Shown: positions 56,068 to 56,497 of the stretch, one piece after another
Layout: every line of letters starts with the position of its first letter
Numbering within the stretch: position 1 is the stretch's first letter
IMG/VR virus record: IMGVR_UViG_3300008267_005425
Span: 1-56,497 of that record
DNA length: 56,497 bases
Source of the DNA: a virus
Taxonomy: Duplodnaviria; Caudoviricetes
Strand: one strand, 5' to 3'
Notes under the pieces: model-generated
Told to the model about the DNA's origin: nothing
The model's database searches: none
What the model saw: the letters and a program-made list of their open reading frames with translations, nothing else
Translations under genes and position numbers: made by a program

Positions 56068-56496
56068 TTAGATATTTTTACCTGGAGATCTCCATCTTAA
56101 ATCTACGGGATCATATATAAAGGATAAACCTTCTCCTGGTTGGACAGTTATATCACCCCCTACTAAAAATCTATTTTGTGCAATGCTTCCAATGTCATTA
56201 TTTTTAAAAATAATGTTTCCAGATGTACCTACATTAAAAACATTGAAGAAAAATGTTTTTGTGTTATCTGGAACTTCAATACCCGTTAATGAAAAATTTC
56301 CACCAGTTGTTGAAATTCTAACTAGTATTGAATTAGCTAAATTAGGTATTACCAGATTATTGGTGTTTCCTGTTAAACTAGCGGTTGCAAATGTTGGGCC
56401 AAATTGTAAACCTCCAGCCAATGTCAAAGCACCATTTACCTGGAGATCTCCATCAACAACAGTATTTGACGAAGTTAATGGAATTAATAGTTCAAT
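56068..56496 (-). CDS. C-terminal part of a putative tail fibre / structural protein (5' end outside the window)
   Basis: The frame is open to the window edge (IELLIPLTSSNTVVDGDLQVNGALTLAGG...); beta-rich, with a VDGDL.V.G fibre-like motif. Confidence 0.6.
   Translation of the reverse strand: MELLIPLTSSNTVVDGDLQVNGALTLAGGLQFGPTFATASLTGNTNNLVIPNLANSILVRISTTGGNFSLTGIEVPDNTKTFFFNVFNVGTSGNIIFKNNDIGSIAQNRFLVGGDITVQPGEGLSFIYDPVDLRWRSPGKNI
56077..56454. repeat. Perfect 20-bp direct repeat TTTACCTGGAGATCTCCATC (56077-56096 and 56435-56454) with a 12-bp palindromic core
   Basis: Read directly from the sequence; core TGGAGATCTCCA. Confidence 0.85.
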
Positions 56497-56497
56497 C

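Overview
This window is a 56.5 kb segment of a large, lytic, T4-like (contractile-tailed) dsDNA phage genome. The host is probably a member of the Bacteroidota, inferred from the promoter consensus and the near absence of Shine-Dalgarno sites. Every credible gene is on the minus strand. Reading in the direction of transcription (right to left): a tail module (sheath, tube, chaperone with a slippery site, tape measure, baseplate); a replication module (thumb-less PolA-like protein, gp32-like SSB, RecA, 5'-3' exonuclease, DnaB); class II RNR and cell-wall enzymes; a 7-deazaguanine cluster (queD, queE, dUTPase-like, DpdL-like, nucleotide kinase, folE, TGT/DpdA-like; no queC in the window); small early genes behind repeated promoter cassettes; a full PolA; hsp20-groES-groEL; a 12 kb glycosyltransferase/NDP-sugar/methyltransferase cluster; then HNH, ClpS and UvsE. 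The most interesting observations are: (1) a second, thumb-less family A polymerase with the steric-gate Glu replaced; (2) a QueC-less deazaguanine pathway coupled to a kinase, which may indicate pre-replicative 7-deazaguanine substitution; (3) a 16-bp 5'UTR-3'UTR RNA helix around hsp20 that competes with a helix masking the only strong SD seen; (4) a late-promoter motif TATTTATA, the reverse complement of the T4 motif; (5) a 20-bp palindrome-cored direct repeat bracketing a C-terminal domain; (6) two frame-breaking junctions that look like microhomology deletions. All protein calls come from motif recognition by eye; no database searches were run.
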